Below are positions 12,865 through 25,599 of a DNA stretch of 64,000 nucleotides, piece after piece. Within the stretch, counting starts at the first letter, position 1. The number at the start of each line of letters is the position of its first letter. A program made the position numbers and the translations under genes. The notes beneath the pieces are model-generated. The model saw nothing but the letters and a program-made list of their open reading frames with translations. It was not told the DNA's origin and searched no databases. The DNA lies in NCBI GenBank assembly GCA_963514005.1, contig OY740790.1:49042001-49106000 (forward strand). The letters run 5' to 3'. Source of the DNA: Raja brachyura. Lineage: Eukaryota.

Positions 12865-13171
12865 TCAATAGTTAGATCAGGTCAGGCGTGGAAACAATAC
12901 ATGGACAGGAGTTGGGTTTGGATTGGCTGCAACCAGGCCAGGTGAGGTTTGAAATCTATACTTAATGCTGATTAGATCAGATGAGACACCAATATCATTA
13001 GATTTATTTCTGTTTCAATCAATTGCTAGCAAAGGATAAACTTAGTGGCTTGACGAGTTTGCCATGGGTCTAAATGTAAAATCGTTGAAGTTAAATATTA
13101 AAATTAAAGTACTCCAGAAAGGGTTGATGTTGAAAATAAAAGCTGCCAAAATCCTTGTGCAACAACTATTG
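12777..13171. mobile_element. MITE-like element with 55-bp terminal inverted repeats
   Basis: 12777-12831 versus 13117-13171 are inverted and 50/55 identical by hand alignment. TA flank on the right and AA on the left; internal (TA)n(CA)n. Confidence 0.65.
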
Positions 13172-14562
13172 TACAGAACAGACGCTCCTGAAGTTCTCAA
13201 CTTTCTGAAAATTGCTTTCCCATTAAGAAAATCAGCCTGGCATGGATGAAGTACTGTACCAGGCTAGCATGGCATATTCATATCAAATCTGAATACTTTT
13301 ATCAAATTTCTATACACACTGAGCCAACTTTGACATGTGTCATTAAATCCCATAGGTCTTGTGATTGGCTAGCCAGGTTTAAATGTATATTCTCACTGAT
13401 GCTGTCCATTTCTACCTTAATGATATCCGGTCACTATTGGTGCATCAGTTCATAAAACCCTCCTCTGTGCTTTGTGTTACTCTGGCGTAACTGACCCGAC
13501 AGCTGCAGTCACGTGTTTTTAATGACATGAGGAAAATATTTTACAGTGTGAGGTTGGAGGAGAATTTCTTATATGGTAAGGTTAAGGTCTGGGGTGACTA
13601 CAAGGTGTAATGGTGGAAGTAGATCCCATTTTGTCACGGAAGGATTCTGGGTAAGTATATGAAAACAGAATTTGAGAGCTGCGTAAGATTGAAGCGTGAG
13701 GCTATTTGAAAGGCTTGAGAGTGGGACAGACTCGGTGGGCTGAATGGCATCCTTCTGTGATTCTCAACATGAATCAGCATATAGTGACCTAGAGACATAC
13801 TCCAGCGACTTGGATAAACATCTTGCTAACACTCCTGTACAATTCTAACCAAGTGCTGTGCTATGCATTGTTCCACTTTAAATCAAAGTTTTAAATTTAG
13901 ACCTTATCTGCTCTCTTGGGTAAAATATTTCATGACTTTACTTAATTTAAGAGTAGTGGTATTATCTCTTGCCTTGGTGATTTTTTTGTCCTTAAAACTG
14001 ATTTTCTGGTTGTTTTCTCACAGAGGATGTAAAAAAATATTATTTAAATGCACTTTTTAACAAAAATGACCATGATCATCCTATCTTCTAAAAACATGAG
14101 GTCATTCAATATTCTGCTTCCATTGTCCTAAATCATATCAAATCCTTGTTCATTCATCATCCTTGTTCTTGCTGATCCGTATGGCTCCCAGTTAAGCTTT
14201 GTAATGTTCTTAATCTTGCTTTCAAATCCCTTCATGGTTTCACCCATTCCACTCTCTGTAATCCACTACTCCTGCAGTCCACCAAGGCATTTCCATTTGC
14301 CTAATTCTAGTCTCTGAAACTTCCCTAAATTTTAATTACTCCTATTTCTCTCTTTTTAAGGAGCCTCTTTAGGGATCACATTACTAATAATCTCCCACAG
14401 TGGTATGCTCCAATGGGGTGCCTTGGAATGCTTCGCTGTGTTAAAGGTGTCATGAATGGAATATTAAATCTTCAAAGTTCTGTGTGATAACTCTGCCCAT
14501 CCACACTGTTAACCAAGTTTTTCCTCAAAACAAAGAACGTTATTAAGTTTACTGGTAATAAA

Positions 14563-15180
14563 AAAGAAACTGCAGATGTTGGTTTAGACAATGATAGACA
14601 CAAAAAGCTGGAGTAACTCAGTGGGTCAGGCATCTATGGGGAAAAAAAAGTGACGTTTTGGTTTGGGACCGGTCTTCAGGCTTAATGTGGGGGGGGATGG
14701 GGGAGAGGAATTTGGGACAAATTGGGGCTGGCAAAAAATGACCTCAGGCAAGAGGGTTTGCTGGTAGGCCGATTGTTTGCTAGAGATGGTGTGAGCCCAA
14801 GAGAGGTGCACCGTTGAAAACTGGAACTGGTTAATGGACTTTTAGTGGAGGAATGGGCGAGGGAAGGGAGGTGTTTGTAGAAGTTATCTGAAATTGGAGA
14901 ATTGAATGATCATACCACTGGGTTGTAAGCTGCCCAAAAGAAATATGAGGTGCTGTCTTTTACCACCAGATTGACTTTTCTATCCTGGCCTCCATTGCCA
15001 GGGCGAGGCAAATTAGAGGAACAGCACCTCTTATTTTGTTTGGTTAGTTTACAAGCCAGCAGTGTGGGGGGTGGCACTACAATCACTCTGAAGAAAGTTC
15101 CTGACCCAAAACATCACCTATTCAATTTCTCCAGAATGCTGCCTGACCCACTCAGTTACTCCAGCAGTTTGTGTCTATCA
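14563..15180. mobile_element. Penelope-derived insertion with inverted terminal arms
   Basis: Minus-strand pLTR at about 14563-14680 and plus-strand pLTR at about 15087-15180; GIY-YIG C-terminal remnant KLEEQHLLFCL between them. Confidence 0.75.
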
Positions 15181-16340
15181 AGTTTACAGGGTATTTTAAT
15201 TAAAAATGGGGACATAACACCAATACTGTTACAAATTAATTTAATTGGAGCCTCCTATCAGGGTTGTGATGGTATTTATAAACCATTTGTATTGAGCTCT
15301 TCCAGAACATAATAACATATGATTTATCAATAAATTATTAGCAATGGCTTTAAAGGAGCCTTCCTTGTGGTAACAGTTTGTATTGGGTTCTTGGGCTTAA
15401 TTATACTATTGTGTTTTAGGCTATAAAGTAGTTCTGCATTTAATGGTTAGGTTTTTGTAGTTTTCCTTATTTCAACAACTCTCACTCACTGCACTCATCA
15501 CATCCCAAAAATGTCCCAAGAGATGCTTGAGCCTGGAGAAGCAATAAAAAATTTAAATCTTATTCTGTGGCACCAACACAACACAAATCTTTGCCCCCAT
15601 CCATATCATGAAAGTATTTTTCTCAATAATTTGTTATTAGTCTCGGGAAGTAGAAAGAAGAAGAAAAATAAACATTAGCTGTCTGGATTGGTTTTTGGAT
15701 GACAGGTTTAGTAATAAAATAAGCTTCAACACACTGGATATTGTAATTGGCTATCTAATTGATACAAGATTAAGTAATTAAAATTTTAATCATGGGATTA
15801 ATTGCTGTTTCTTTTAACCAGGCTAGCAGGTACAACACTGCACGTGTAGATATACGGTGAAATATTTATGGGAGAATCTGGTTTATTTAATTAATATAGC
15901 TCCCTACTTTGACATTCCTTGTCTTCACTGTTATGAAGAGATATGAAAACAATAAGCTATCTAGAAATTATTAATTGGTGGAATTTCATTGAAAGGTTCA
16001 GAGAGCTTCATTGCAAGCTCGTATTCATGTGGTATAAATGCTCAAAAGTACCTGCAATTCATTCCAGTATTTAACTGTTGAAATGGAAGCTCACAGGATT
16101 TTTCATTTGTTATTGAGGAATGAAGGTGATGAGCTGCATGGAAGCTTGAGTCCAATGCATAACTATCTTGCCAGCGAGAATAACATCAGCCTATTCACCA
16201 CCACAAATAGAAGAGGGACAAAATAAGCAGTTGTAATGTGGAAAGCGGGAAAAAAATGATGTAAAAATAGAGGATGTTCTTGTGACACTTTTAGTTTTAA
16301 ACGTTTATACAAAGAATGGAGAATTGGGGACTGAAGTATG

Positions 16341-16492
16341 GACACAAGAGACAAGAAATGCTGGAATTTGGAGAAACAACAGTTGGCTGGAGGAACTCAG
16401 CAGGTCAAGCAGCATCTGTGAAGTGGAAGGAAATTCCATAGCCCTCCCTCTGTGCTTTTCCATCAGCTGAGTTCCTCCAGCCAATTGTTTGT
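16341..16492. repeat. Penelope-derived fold-back (24-bp arms, 1 mismatch)
   Basis: aacagttggctggaggaactcagc (16378-16401) versus gctgagttcctccagccaattgtt (16466-16489). Confidence 0.75.
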
Positions 16493-16989
16493 CACAGAAT
16501 AATGTTGCGCACGGTTTTTATATGAGGTTCTGGGGTTTCCTGTTGTTGTCCATGTTAAAGGCTTATTTACAATTCAACTGCAAACCTGGCTTGGTAATCT
16601 GTAGTTGGCCATTTTAGAAAATCTTGCTGTCTCTAATTATTTATTTTATTTGAAACTTCTTTCCATTGTTAATTGATATTCCTCCCCCAGTCACCATTAT
16701 AAAGCAGTCATGCTTTGAATCTTTCAAAATAACAAATTGTTAAATTGAACTCCATATGTAAACCAGTTGTAAACATATTGAATAACAATTTGCAGATTGT
16801 TAAAAGACAATCTCTGAATTGATGTGTAATTGCTGCACAAGCTAACAGGTTTCTCTTAGGATATTAGAAGATCTTCAAAAGATATGTAATCTGAAATGCG
16901 CGTTTCAGATTATAAATGCATTTAAATCATAATTTCTGTTTGCAATTTGAGTTTAAAGGTTCTGATTTTTGATAACGGAACTGAATGTT

Positions 16990-19173
16990 AGGACCAAACA
17001 CCCTCAACCACTGCTACACCACCATCAAGAATGCCTACCGCTCTATCCCTCGCCCTCACTTCGGTAAATCCGACCATACCGCGGTGCTTGCTTCTTCCTG
17101 CCTACAGGCAGCAATTAAAGAGCGCACCCCAGAGGTGAGGACAGTACAGAGCTGGTTGGCGGGGGCAGAGGAACAACTACAAGACTGTTTGGAGTCTGTG
17201 GACTGGGCTATGTTCAAGGACTCGGCAAAGGACTTGAATGAATACGCCACAGTCGTTACAGACTTCATAAAGAAATGTGTGGAGGACTGCATCCCTACAA
17301 AAACCTTCCGAGTGTTTCCCAATCAGAAACTTTGGATGAACTGTGAGATCCGCACTCTTCTGAAGACCAGACACCGGGCATTCATGTCTGATGACTCCGT
17401 GGTCTATAAGAAGTCCAGATACGACCTTGGTAAGGCCATCAAAAAGGCCAAAAGGGAGTTCTGCTCCAAGCTGGAGGATGAGACAGATGTTCGGCAACTG
17501 TGGCGGGGACTGAATGCAATCACCTCTTACAAGGCGAAACCAGGAGGCAGCTCGGATGTCGGTGATACATCACTCCCTGATGAACTCAATGCATTTTATG
17601 CACGCTTTGATAAGGAGAACACCGATGTGCCTTCCCGAGCCCTTATTCGCTGTGATGGTATTTCAGTCTCAGTCACAGAGGCCGACGTCAGGAAATCCTT
17701 CAGAGGGGTGAACCCTCGAAAAGCATCTGGACCTGATGGCGTACCTGGTCGTGTCCTAAAATCCTGTGCGGACCAACTGGCTGGAGTTTCTACGGACATT
17801 TTCAACCTGTCACTTCTGAGGTCTGAGGTTCCCACCTGCTTCAAAAGGGCATCAATAATACCGGTGCCCAAGAAGAGCAAGGTGACATGCCTCAATGACT
17901 ATCGACCTGTGGCACTAACGCCTGTGGTGATGGTGCTTTGAGAGGTTGATCATGGCGCAAATCGACTCCTACCTCGACAAAAACCTGGACCGACTACAGT
18001 TCGCTTACCGCCACAACAGATCAACGGTGGACGCAATCTCGCTGGCCCTCCACTCCACTCTGGACCACTTGGACAACAAAAACAAAAGCTCGGCATTTAA
18101 CACAATCATCCCCTCCAAGCTGGTTACCAAACTCGCAGAACTGGGTCTCTGCGCATCCCTCTGTAATTGGATCCTCGACTTCCTCATCCACAGACCACAG
18201 TCTGTTCGTATTGGTGGAAATGTTTCAGACACGATAACAATCAGCACGGGAGCACCTCAGGGTTGCGTGCTCAGCCCCCTGCTGTACTCACTCTATACTC
18301 ATGACTGCGTAGCTGGTCATAGCGCGAATTCCATCATCAAGTTCGCTGATGACACCACTGTTGTGGGACGTATCACTGATGGGGATGAGTCAGAGTATAG
18401 AAAAGAGATCGAGCAACTGTCCATATGGTGCCGGCACAACAACCTGGCCCTCAACACCAGCAAAACCAAGGAACTGATTATGGACTTTGGAAGGAGTAGG
18501 ATGGGGACCCACAGTCCTGTTTATATCAACGGGTCGATGGTTGAAAGGGTCAAGAGCTTCAAATTCCTGGGCGTGCACATCTGTGAAGATCTTTCCTGGT
18601 CCGAGAACACAGATGCAATTATTAAGAAAGCTCATCAGCGCCTCTACTTCCTGAGACGATTACGGAGAGTCGGTCTGTCAAGGAGGACTCTCTCTAACTT
18701 CTACAGGTGCACAGTAGAGAGCTTGCTGACTGGTTGCATCGTGGCTTGGTTCGGCAACTTGAGCGCCCTGGAGAGGAAAAGACTACAAAAAGTAGTAAAC
18801 TCTGACCTTCCTTCCATCGAGGGGATTTATCACAGTCGCTGCCTCAAAAAGGCTGGCAGCATCATCAAGGACCCACACCACCCTGGCCACAAACTCATCT
18901 CCTTGCTACCTTCGGGTAGAAGGTACAGGAGCCTGAAGACTGCAACAACCCGGTTTAGGAATAGCTACTTCCCACAGACATCAGGCTATTAAACCTGGCT
19001 CGGAACACTGAACATTAATATCCCTCCATCTGTTATTTGCACTTTATTAATTCATGGGTGATTTATGTATAGAATTGTAGTCAATGCATTCTATGTTCTG
19101 TTGTGCTATGCAAAGAAAGATTTTCATTGTCCTGTCAGGGACACATGACAATAAACTCTTTTGACTTTGACTT
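16990..19173 (+). mobile_element. Rex1/Babar-clade non-LTR retrotransposon, 5'-truncated, frameshifted endonuclease/RT ORF
   Basis: ORFs 16985-17941 and 17946-18992 carry SDH (APE C-terminus), [26 protein letters not shown] and [10 protein letters not shown]; ttgac-type tail. Confidence 0.92.
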
Positions 19174-19779
19174 CTGATATTTGCCAGGTATTTGATAATT
19201 TTGTTTCCATCCCGTAGTTTAAAAAGTGGCATATTTTCTGCATTACTCGAGTAGGGAAAAAACAAACTGAGCTTCATCTGACATGAACCTCAGTGTATAT
19301 AACAATAAACTAAGCTTGTCTATCGGAAAGTTGGTAAAAAGTATTATGTAATCAAGGGCTTAAATGAGGTCAAGAATAATGCTAGAATGGTTTGGCATTG
19401 TTATCTTTTTTTTAAACTAGATATTGGGAATTTGGAGCAAAGCAACTACAGATGCTGTAAACTAGGTGCAGCAATGGTAAAAAGGTCATGACTCAACAAA
19501 TGTAATTGAATAGATTGTTAAGCCTACTATCATCCTTCTACGCATGCTGCTGGATCTTCATAACGCTTTTTGTGTTTATTTCACCTTATGGAGCAACCGC
19601 AGCTATGAGATGATGTTAGACATATTATCAATTATAATCTAAAGGGCACAATTTTAAAAGATATAGGAGAACAGAGGTCTGAGACATATAAACATAGATT
19701 GTTGAAAATGGCAGGATACCTTGAGAAAATAATCCTGGGTTTTATAAATGGAGGCTTAGAATGAAAGAACAAGTTAGTA

Positions 19780-20580
19780 CAGTAAATCCTTGTTTTAACA
19801 GGCCCCTTTGTAGTGGATTTTGGTTAGAGCAGACACTCCCAACTCGCACTGCCACCCCGGCCGCTTAGAGCGCACGCTTATGAAGGTCTCCAGCAAGCCC
19901 TTCTTCACTCACTGTACAGTCCAATTGAAGCAGCCATTTTTATGGCTCACGTGGCTCCTGAGCACAGGGCTTTCTTCGGGATGCTGTCAGGACACCCACT
20001 GTCACCGTGCGGTTCCCTCCCCTCTCACCAGCTGCTCCTTTCTCCTTCCCTTTATCCGCTCGACCGCCGCCACCTCCCATTTCTCCCGTTGGTCTGTCCA
20101 CAAGGCCTCTTTCCCGTCTCCCACCTCCTTTTCCTTTTCCCCCCGGAGTCGCCAACATACTCCACCTTGGAAGTGGCACCAGGTGGGAGGGGGCACCATG
20201 GTGACCGAGCGTGTCATGTTGTTGGCAGCGGCCTGAAGAAAGCTGGCAGCCAAAAGCTACAGCGAGAGCGGTAACAACAGCTGCGTCAACCTTTGAAGAA
20301 GGGTTTGCTGGTGCAGACCAGTAGCATCGGTGCCTAGTTTTAAGATGGAATGACTCTGCATACTGAATTGGTCAGAAGAAGGGTCCCAACATCACCCATC
20401 CATGTTCCCTAGCGATGCTGCCTGATCCGCTGAGTTACTCCAGCACTTTGTGTCCTTTTGTGGATTAACCATCATCTGTAGTTCTTTGTTTCAAATACAT
20501 GCAATGATGATACCATACTTGGTTATAACGGACATAATTTGATCCCCCCCCCCGTGTTGTCCATTATAACGAGGGAACTG
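19780..20580. mobile_element. Tigger/pogo-like non-autonomous DNA element with a nested Penelope fragment (about 20370-20495)
   Basis: TA|CAGTAAATCCTTGTTTTAACAGG at the left, GTCCATTATAACGAGGGAACTG at the right (imperfect TIR), a subterminal GGTTATAACGGAC repeat and a GC-rich interior. Confidence 0.55.
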
Positions 20581-20602
20581 AGATAACTGGGAACTGAGCT
20601 AA

Positions 20603-20954
20603 ATGGCCTTCTATGATGTAAATCGTCTGTGAAATTAGGTTATAAATTGAATTAAAGAACAAAAAATGGCACAGAAATATTGTTGGGAATGTATTAAAAA
20701 TCTCTGAGGGAAAGAGAACAAATTTGTAAGCAAATTTCTGACATGTAAAAGTGCTAAAGCAGTAATAATATATTTTTTTACCTGAATAATAACAGAGATA
20801 GTTGGTAAAAATAAGATTGAGTGCATGGTATTTCTTAACTGCATTCAGGAGTTTTAAAATAATTGGTGAACAGTAAACTGAATAATGGCAATTGGGGGTG
20901 GGGGGAGTTGATTTGATTTGGTGAATATAAAATGCTGGAAATATTTGGCATGTT
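20603..20954 (+). repeat. About 350-bp locally duplicated segment, copy 1 (copy 2 at 23710-24062)
   Basis: Collinear match from atggccttctatgatgtaaatc to tgctggaaatatttggcatgtt, with scattered substitutions and indels. Confidence 0.9.
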
Positions 20955-21982
20955 AGGCAGCATCTTTGTAGAGTGAAACAGTTAATGCCATTAACCTGAA
21001 ACACTAACTCTGTTTCTCTTTGGACATGTGTTGTATGATCTCCAGTGTATTCAGGCATTTTCCGTTTGCAGGATCTGCAGGGTTTTTTGGCTTTGGGGAA
21101 TGAAGCTGAGCAGTTGAAAAGTATCAGTGCGGGAGTATTTTGTTGGTTGTGATCATAATTCATTTAGGGTTAACATAGTTATGGAAAAGGACAAAGATAA
21201 AATGGGGTTAAAGGTTCACTATTGGGATAAGGTTAACTTTATTTGACTAAGAAGTGATTTACTAAAGGTCCACCAGAAATAGCTATTTGAAGATAAATCA
21301 GTCTCTGGGCAACATGAGCATTTAAGAAGGAGATTTAAGGGTTTCAAATAAGTGTGTTCCCACAAGGAAAAAGCATGTGATTCTCATCCAGGAGGCTCCA
21401 GTTTTGGTAATGTACATTGAGGATGAGAAGGCAAAAAAGGGAAGAATGAGACTGAAAATAATGCAGTAGAGAGCCTGGAAGCATACAGAGAAGTTTAGAA
21501 TGAAATTATAAAGAAAATTAGGAAAACAAAGGCGGGGGGGGGGGAGGGGGGGCATGCAGTAGCAATGTTATAAATCGGGAAATTGATGGTGCATGTAACA
21601 AGGGTAATATAATAATTATGGGGAACTCTAATCAACAGAAAGACTGGACAAACCAAGTGTGCAATAATTGTGTAAAAGACAAATTCATGGACTATGACTT
21701 TCCTGATTAGCTTGTTGAAGTACAAACAATGATATAACCTGTTTTAGATCTAGTATTGTGGATTGAGGATGTGCTAATTAAAACCTTGCACTTCTGGTCT
21801 TTTCAAGAAGAATGAAAGCATTTAATGGAATGCTATAAAACTTTATATATGGACTTAAAGTGTTTCAGCTCAATCTAAAAAGAGACTTTAAAAAAAATCT
21901 AACTACATAGATGGGAAGCATGTGTTGATCTAATTCTAAAATTTAATTACAACTAATGACACTGAACAAATAATAAATGATG

Positions 21983-22614
21983 TGTTAAAGAAGGAACTGC
22001 AGATGCTGGAAAATCGAGGGTACACAAAATGCTGGAGAAACTCAGCGGGTGCAGCAGCATCCATGGAGCGAGGGAGATAGGCAACGTTTCGGGCTGAAAC
22101 CCTTCCTCAGACTGATGAGGAGTGGGGGGAGGCGGGGGGAAGAAAGGAAAAAGGAGGAGGAGGAGCCCGAGGGCTGAGGGAGAGGTAGGAAGGGGAGGAG
22201 ACAGCAAGGGTCAACAGAATTGAGAGAATTCGATGTTCATGCCAAGAGGATGCAGACTCCCCAAGTGGAATATGAGGTGCTGTTCCTCCAATTCGTGGTG
22301 TTGCTCACTCTGGCCGTAGAGGGGGCCCAGGACAGAGAGGTCAGATACGGAATGGGAGGGCGAGTTGAAGTGCTGAGCCACCGGGAGGTCGGGTTGGTTA
22401 TTGTGGACCGAGCGGAGGTGTTCGACGAAACGATCGCCAAGCCTCCGCTTGGTCTCACCGATATAGATCAGCTGCCATCTAGAGCAGCGGATGCGATAGA
22501 TGAGGTTGGAGGAGGTGCAGGTAAACCTCTGTCGGACCCTGAACGACTGCTTGGGTCCTTGAATGGAGTGGAGGGTGGAGGTAAAGCGACAAGTGTAGCA
22601 TCTCATGCGGTTGC
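21983..22614 (-). mobile_element. Penelope-like element (Neptune-type) 3' portion: GIY-YIG endonuclease plus pLTR
   Basis: ORF 22211-22606(-): FTCTSSNLIYRIRCSR..IYIGETKRRLGDRFVEH...VAQHFN...EEQHLIFHLGSLHPLGMN, followed by a pyrimidine tract and the terminal repeat. Confidence 0.92.
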
Positions 22615-23625
22615 AAATAATAATGATAATGTTTATTATATTGTTTATTTCAAATATATAAAAACCTTGGTTAATGGGAAGTTAAAGGCAAAGATTTTCA
22701 ATGTTGCTTAAAGTGTAGTGAATTAATGAATTAGGAACCTTTCATAATTTGGGAAAGGAGCAAAATGTTGATAAGGAAACGGTATACAATGTGAATAATC
22801 TTCAAGAAACTAATCAGATTTTAGAAGCTTCTATAAGTGTGTGTGTACAACAAAAAGAGAGTATATAAAAAGTTAATGTGAGTTCATTATTGAAAAAGAA
22901 CAAATATTCTTGAGGCAGAAAACCTGAAAACACTGCTGAATGTAGCTCTCGAGGGAAGAAGCTGAAGAATTTAGCTTTAGTTTAAAAAAAGACCAATTAA
23001 TGTGACTGAAAGCCAATCAATCTGCATTTCAAGTTTTCATTTTTCACCATTCCATAGATTCTAGAATGGTTCTCACAAATTTGAAGGGGACAGATGTAAC
23101 TCCATTATTCAAGAATGAAGGAGGAGAGAAAATGGTGAACTGCAGACTAATAAGTCAGATGTTGGGAGTATAGAACATGCTAGAATCCATTAATAACAAA
23201 GTAGTCACAGGGCATTTGGGAAAAAAGAGTGTATGGATTGGGCAGAATTAACATAGCTTAGCCAAATAGAAATTACATTTGAAAAATGTGTTAAGAGTTT
23301 TAGGTTGTAATTAGCAGAATAAATGAGCAAAAAAAACATTGGATATGGTCAACGTGCTTTCAGCAAATCTTTGACGGACTGCAAGAGGTTATTAAACAAA
23401 TTTGAAGCATGACTATTGCTGCACATTATATTAAATAACAAGCAAAGAGTGAGAATGAATGGGTATCTTTCATGTTGGGAGGCTGGAATTAGTGAGGAAC
23501 TGCAGGGATCAGTGGTTGTTCTCTATGCATTCCCAATCTATATTAATGATTTGGATGGGGGAAATTGTGTTTAATTTACACATGTTTGCTGGTGATTTTG
23601 TGCTAGGTGGTATTGTTGGTTATGA

Positions 23626-24062
23626 TGTTTAAGAAGGAACTGCAGATGCTGGAAAATCGAAGGCAGACAAAAATGCTGGAGAAACTCAGCGGTTGAGGCA
23701 GCATCTATGATGGCCTTCTATGATGTAAATCTTCATAAGAATTAAGCTATACATTGAATTAAAGAACAAAAAATGGCACAGAAACATTTTTGGGAATGTA
23801 TTAAAGATCTCTGAGGGAACGAACAAATTTGTAAGCACATTTCTGACATGTAAAAGTGCCAAAGCAGTAATAATTCTTTTTTTTCTTAATAGTAACAGAG
23901 ATAGAGTTGGTATAGATATGATTGAGAGCATGCATTCAGGAGTTATTAAATAATTGATAAACAGTAAACTGAATAATGGCTATATGGGGGGGGGGGGGGG
24001 GGGGCGGGGAGGGAGTTAATTTGATTTGGTGAATATAGAATGCTGGAAATATTTGGCATGTT
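23626..24062. mobile_element. Chimeric insertion: Penelope 3' tip (23626-23709, minus) fused to a copy of 20603-20954
   Basis: 23626-23709 is nearly identical to about 21984-22065 and is immediately followed by the duplicated segment. CR1 remnants continue on both flanks. Confidence 0.8.
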
Positions 24063-25599
24063 GGATTTAGAATGGGTTGAGGATACACTTAGACTAAGTA
24101 AATGAGAAACAAAAAGTTAAGTGGAATATTATGTTGAAAAATGTGGTCTATTTGTTTTAAATTGTAAGAAATTGAATGATAGTTGTTCAAAATGGCGGGT
24201 ATTATGTATGTTATTAAAGGTTAAAGTGTAAACAAATGTTATTAGTATTGCGAAATTAGAGGATAAGAGTAAGAATGTCTTCAGTACAATTGTCAACATG
24301 GATTATTAAAAGTACCAGGATAGGTCAATAATGAGATTTAAAAAAAACAGATGGGTTCTTTGTTTATTTTATTCTTACATCCATGCAGCAGGCCATGAGT
24401 CGCATAGCCTCTCTCCTAATTTTCCTGCACCTTTAACTTATTCTCTGTCAAATATGTTCATCAAATCCCCCAACATTTTTTTTCCATTAACCTAAACTAA
24501 TGGGGACTTCACAGTCACTGATTAACCTAACAGCATGTCTTTAGGATGTATGAGCACACAAAGGAAGCCGAATGGTTAATGGAGGAGCATGCAGACTTTA
24601 CTTGGACAGCACCCAAAATGAGGATTAAACCCGGGTCCCTGAAATACTGAAGCCTAAAATTCTGAGCCATAGAATATAAAACTTTTAGAGATTTTGGTAG
24701 AACCGCAAATAATGATAATTAGGCCATGACTGAGTTATTGTTTACTGTTCAAAAACAATGTTGTAGGAACGATGTGATTACAATTCAGAGGATGCATTTA
24801 TGAGGATATTGCCCGGGCAATAGCTTTAGAGAGCCGATGAGCGATGATCCCATATGCTAACGCTATCCTTCACACTATAGACAATTTATCATTTTACTGA
24901 AGCCAATTCACCTGTAGTCAGGATCGACCCTGGTTCTCTGGCACTGAAAGGCAGCAACTCTACTGCTGTCCTAACTCTGAAGAAAGGTTGGCTAAAATTT
25001 AGGTTATTTTCTCTGGAGCACTGAGGAGCCTTATTTCTACTGGCAGAGACTTGATGGTCTGAATGGTTGTCTTCTTGTCATGGTTTTCTTTGATTCTTTC
25101 TATGACTCTCATTTGTTTACCTGTAAACAACTTGTTATCTGACAACAAGTCAGAAACTTATGATATGTTAGGTTATGGATGTACAGCTGGCACAGTCACA
25201 AAAAAAACTCCTTGATTGAAACTAAAGTACTGTCACACTGCTTTATTTTTCATATTGAGGCACCTAATACCACTTATGCATTATAAAGTTAGATTACTGA
25301 TTATACAAGAATGAGAAATGAGGGAAAGTAGAATTACTTACATTTTATAATCATAAAATACTGTGGATATTGTTTTCCTGAAATAATAACAGAAAATGCT
25401 GAAAATACTTAGCAGCGGGGGGGGGGGGGAGACCATTTACACTGGTACCGTTACTCAATTTTTTATTCTCTGCATGTTTTTGTCAACTCCTCCGATTTCA
25501 CCACTTGCTAACAAACTAAAACAATTTACACTAGTCAATTAACCCACTCAGGCTTGACACGTCAGAGGAAGCCAAAGCAACTGGAGGACACTCCATACA

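Larger units (their letters stand above)
21560..24290 (+). mobile_element. Highly decayed CR1 ORF2 interrupted by younger insertions
   Basis: Ordered remnants of MGDFN (about 21618), NYRPISL (about 23138), PQGSV (about 23500) and FADD (about 23586), collinear with the CR1 at 36480-38400. Confidence 0.65.

Noticed and set aside
19820-20274. Cluster of overlapping ORFs in GC-rich sequence
   Set aside because: Low-complexity interior of a non-autonomous DNA element; the ORFs reflect scarcity of stop codons.
20564-21163. 199-aa minus-strand ORF with a paralogous ORF at 23686-23931
   Set aside because: AT-rich, F/I/Y-biased translation; the second copy has frame-breaking indels, so this is a non-coding duplication.
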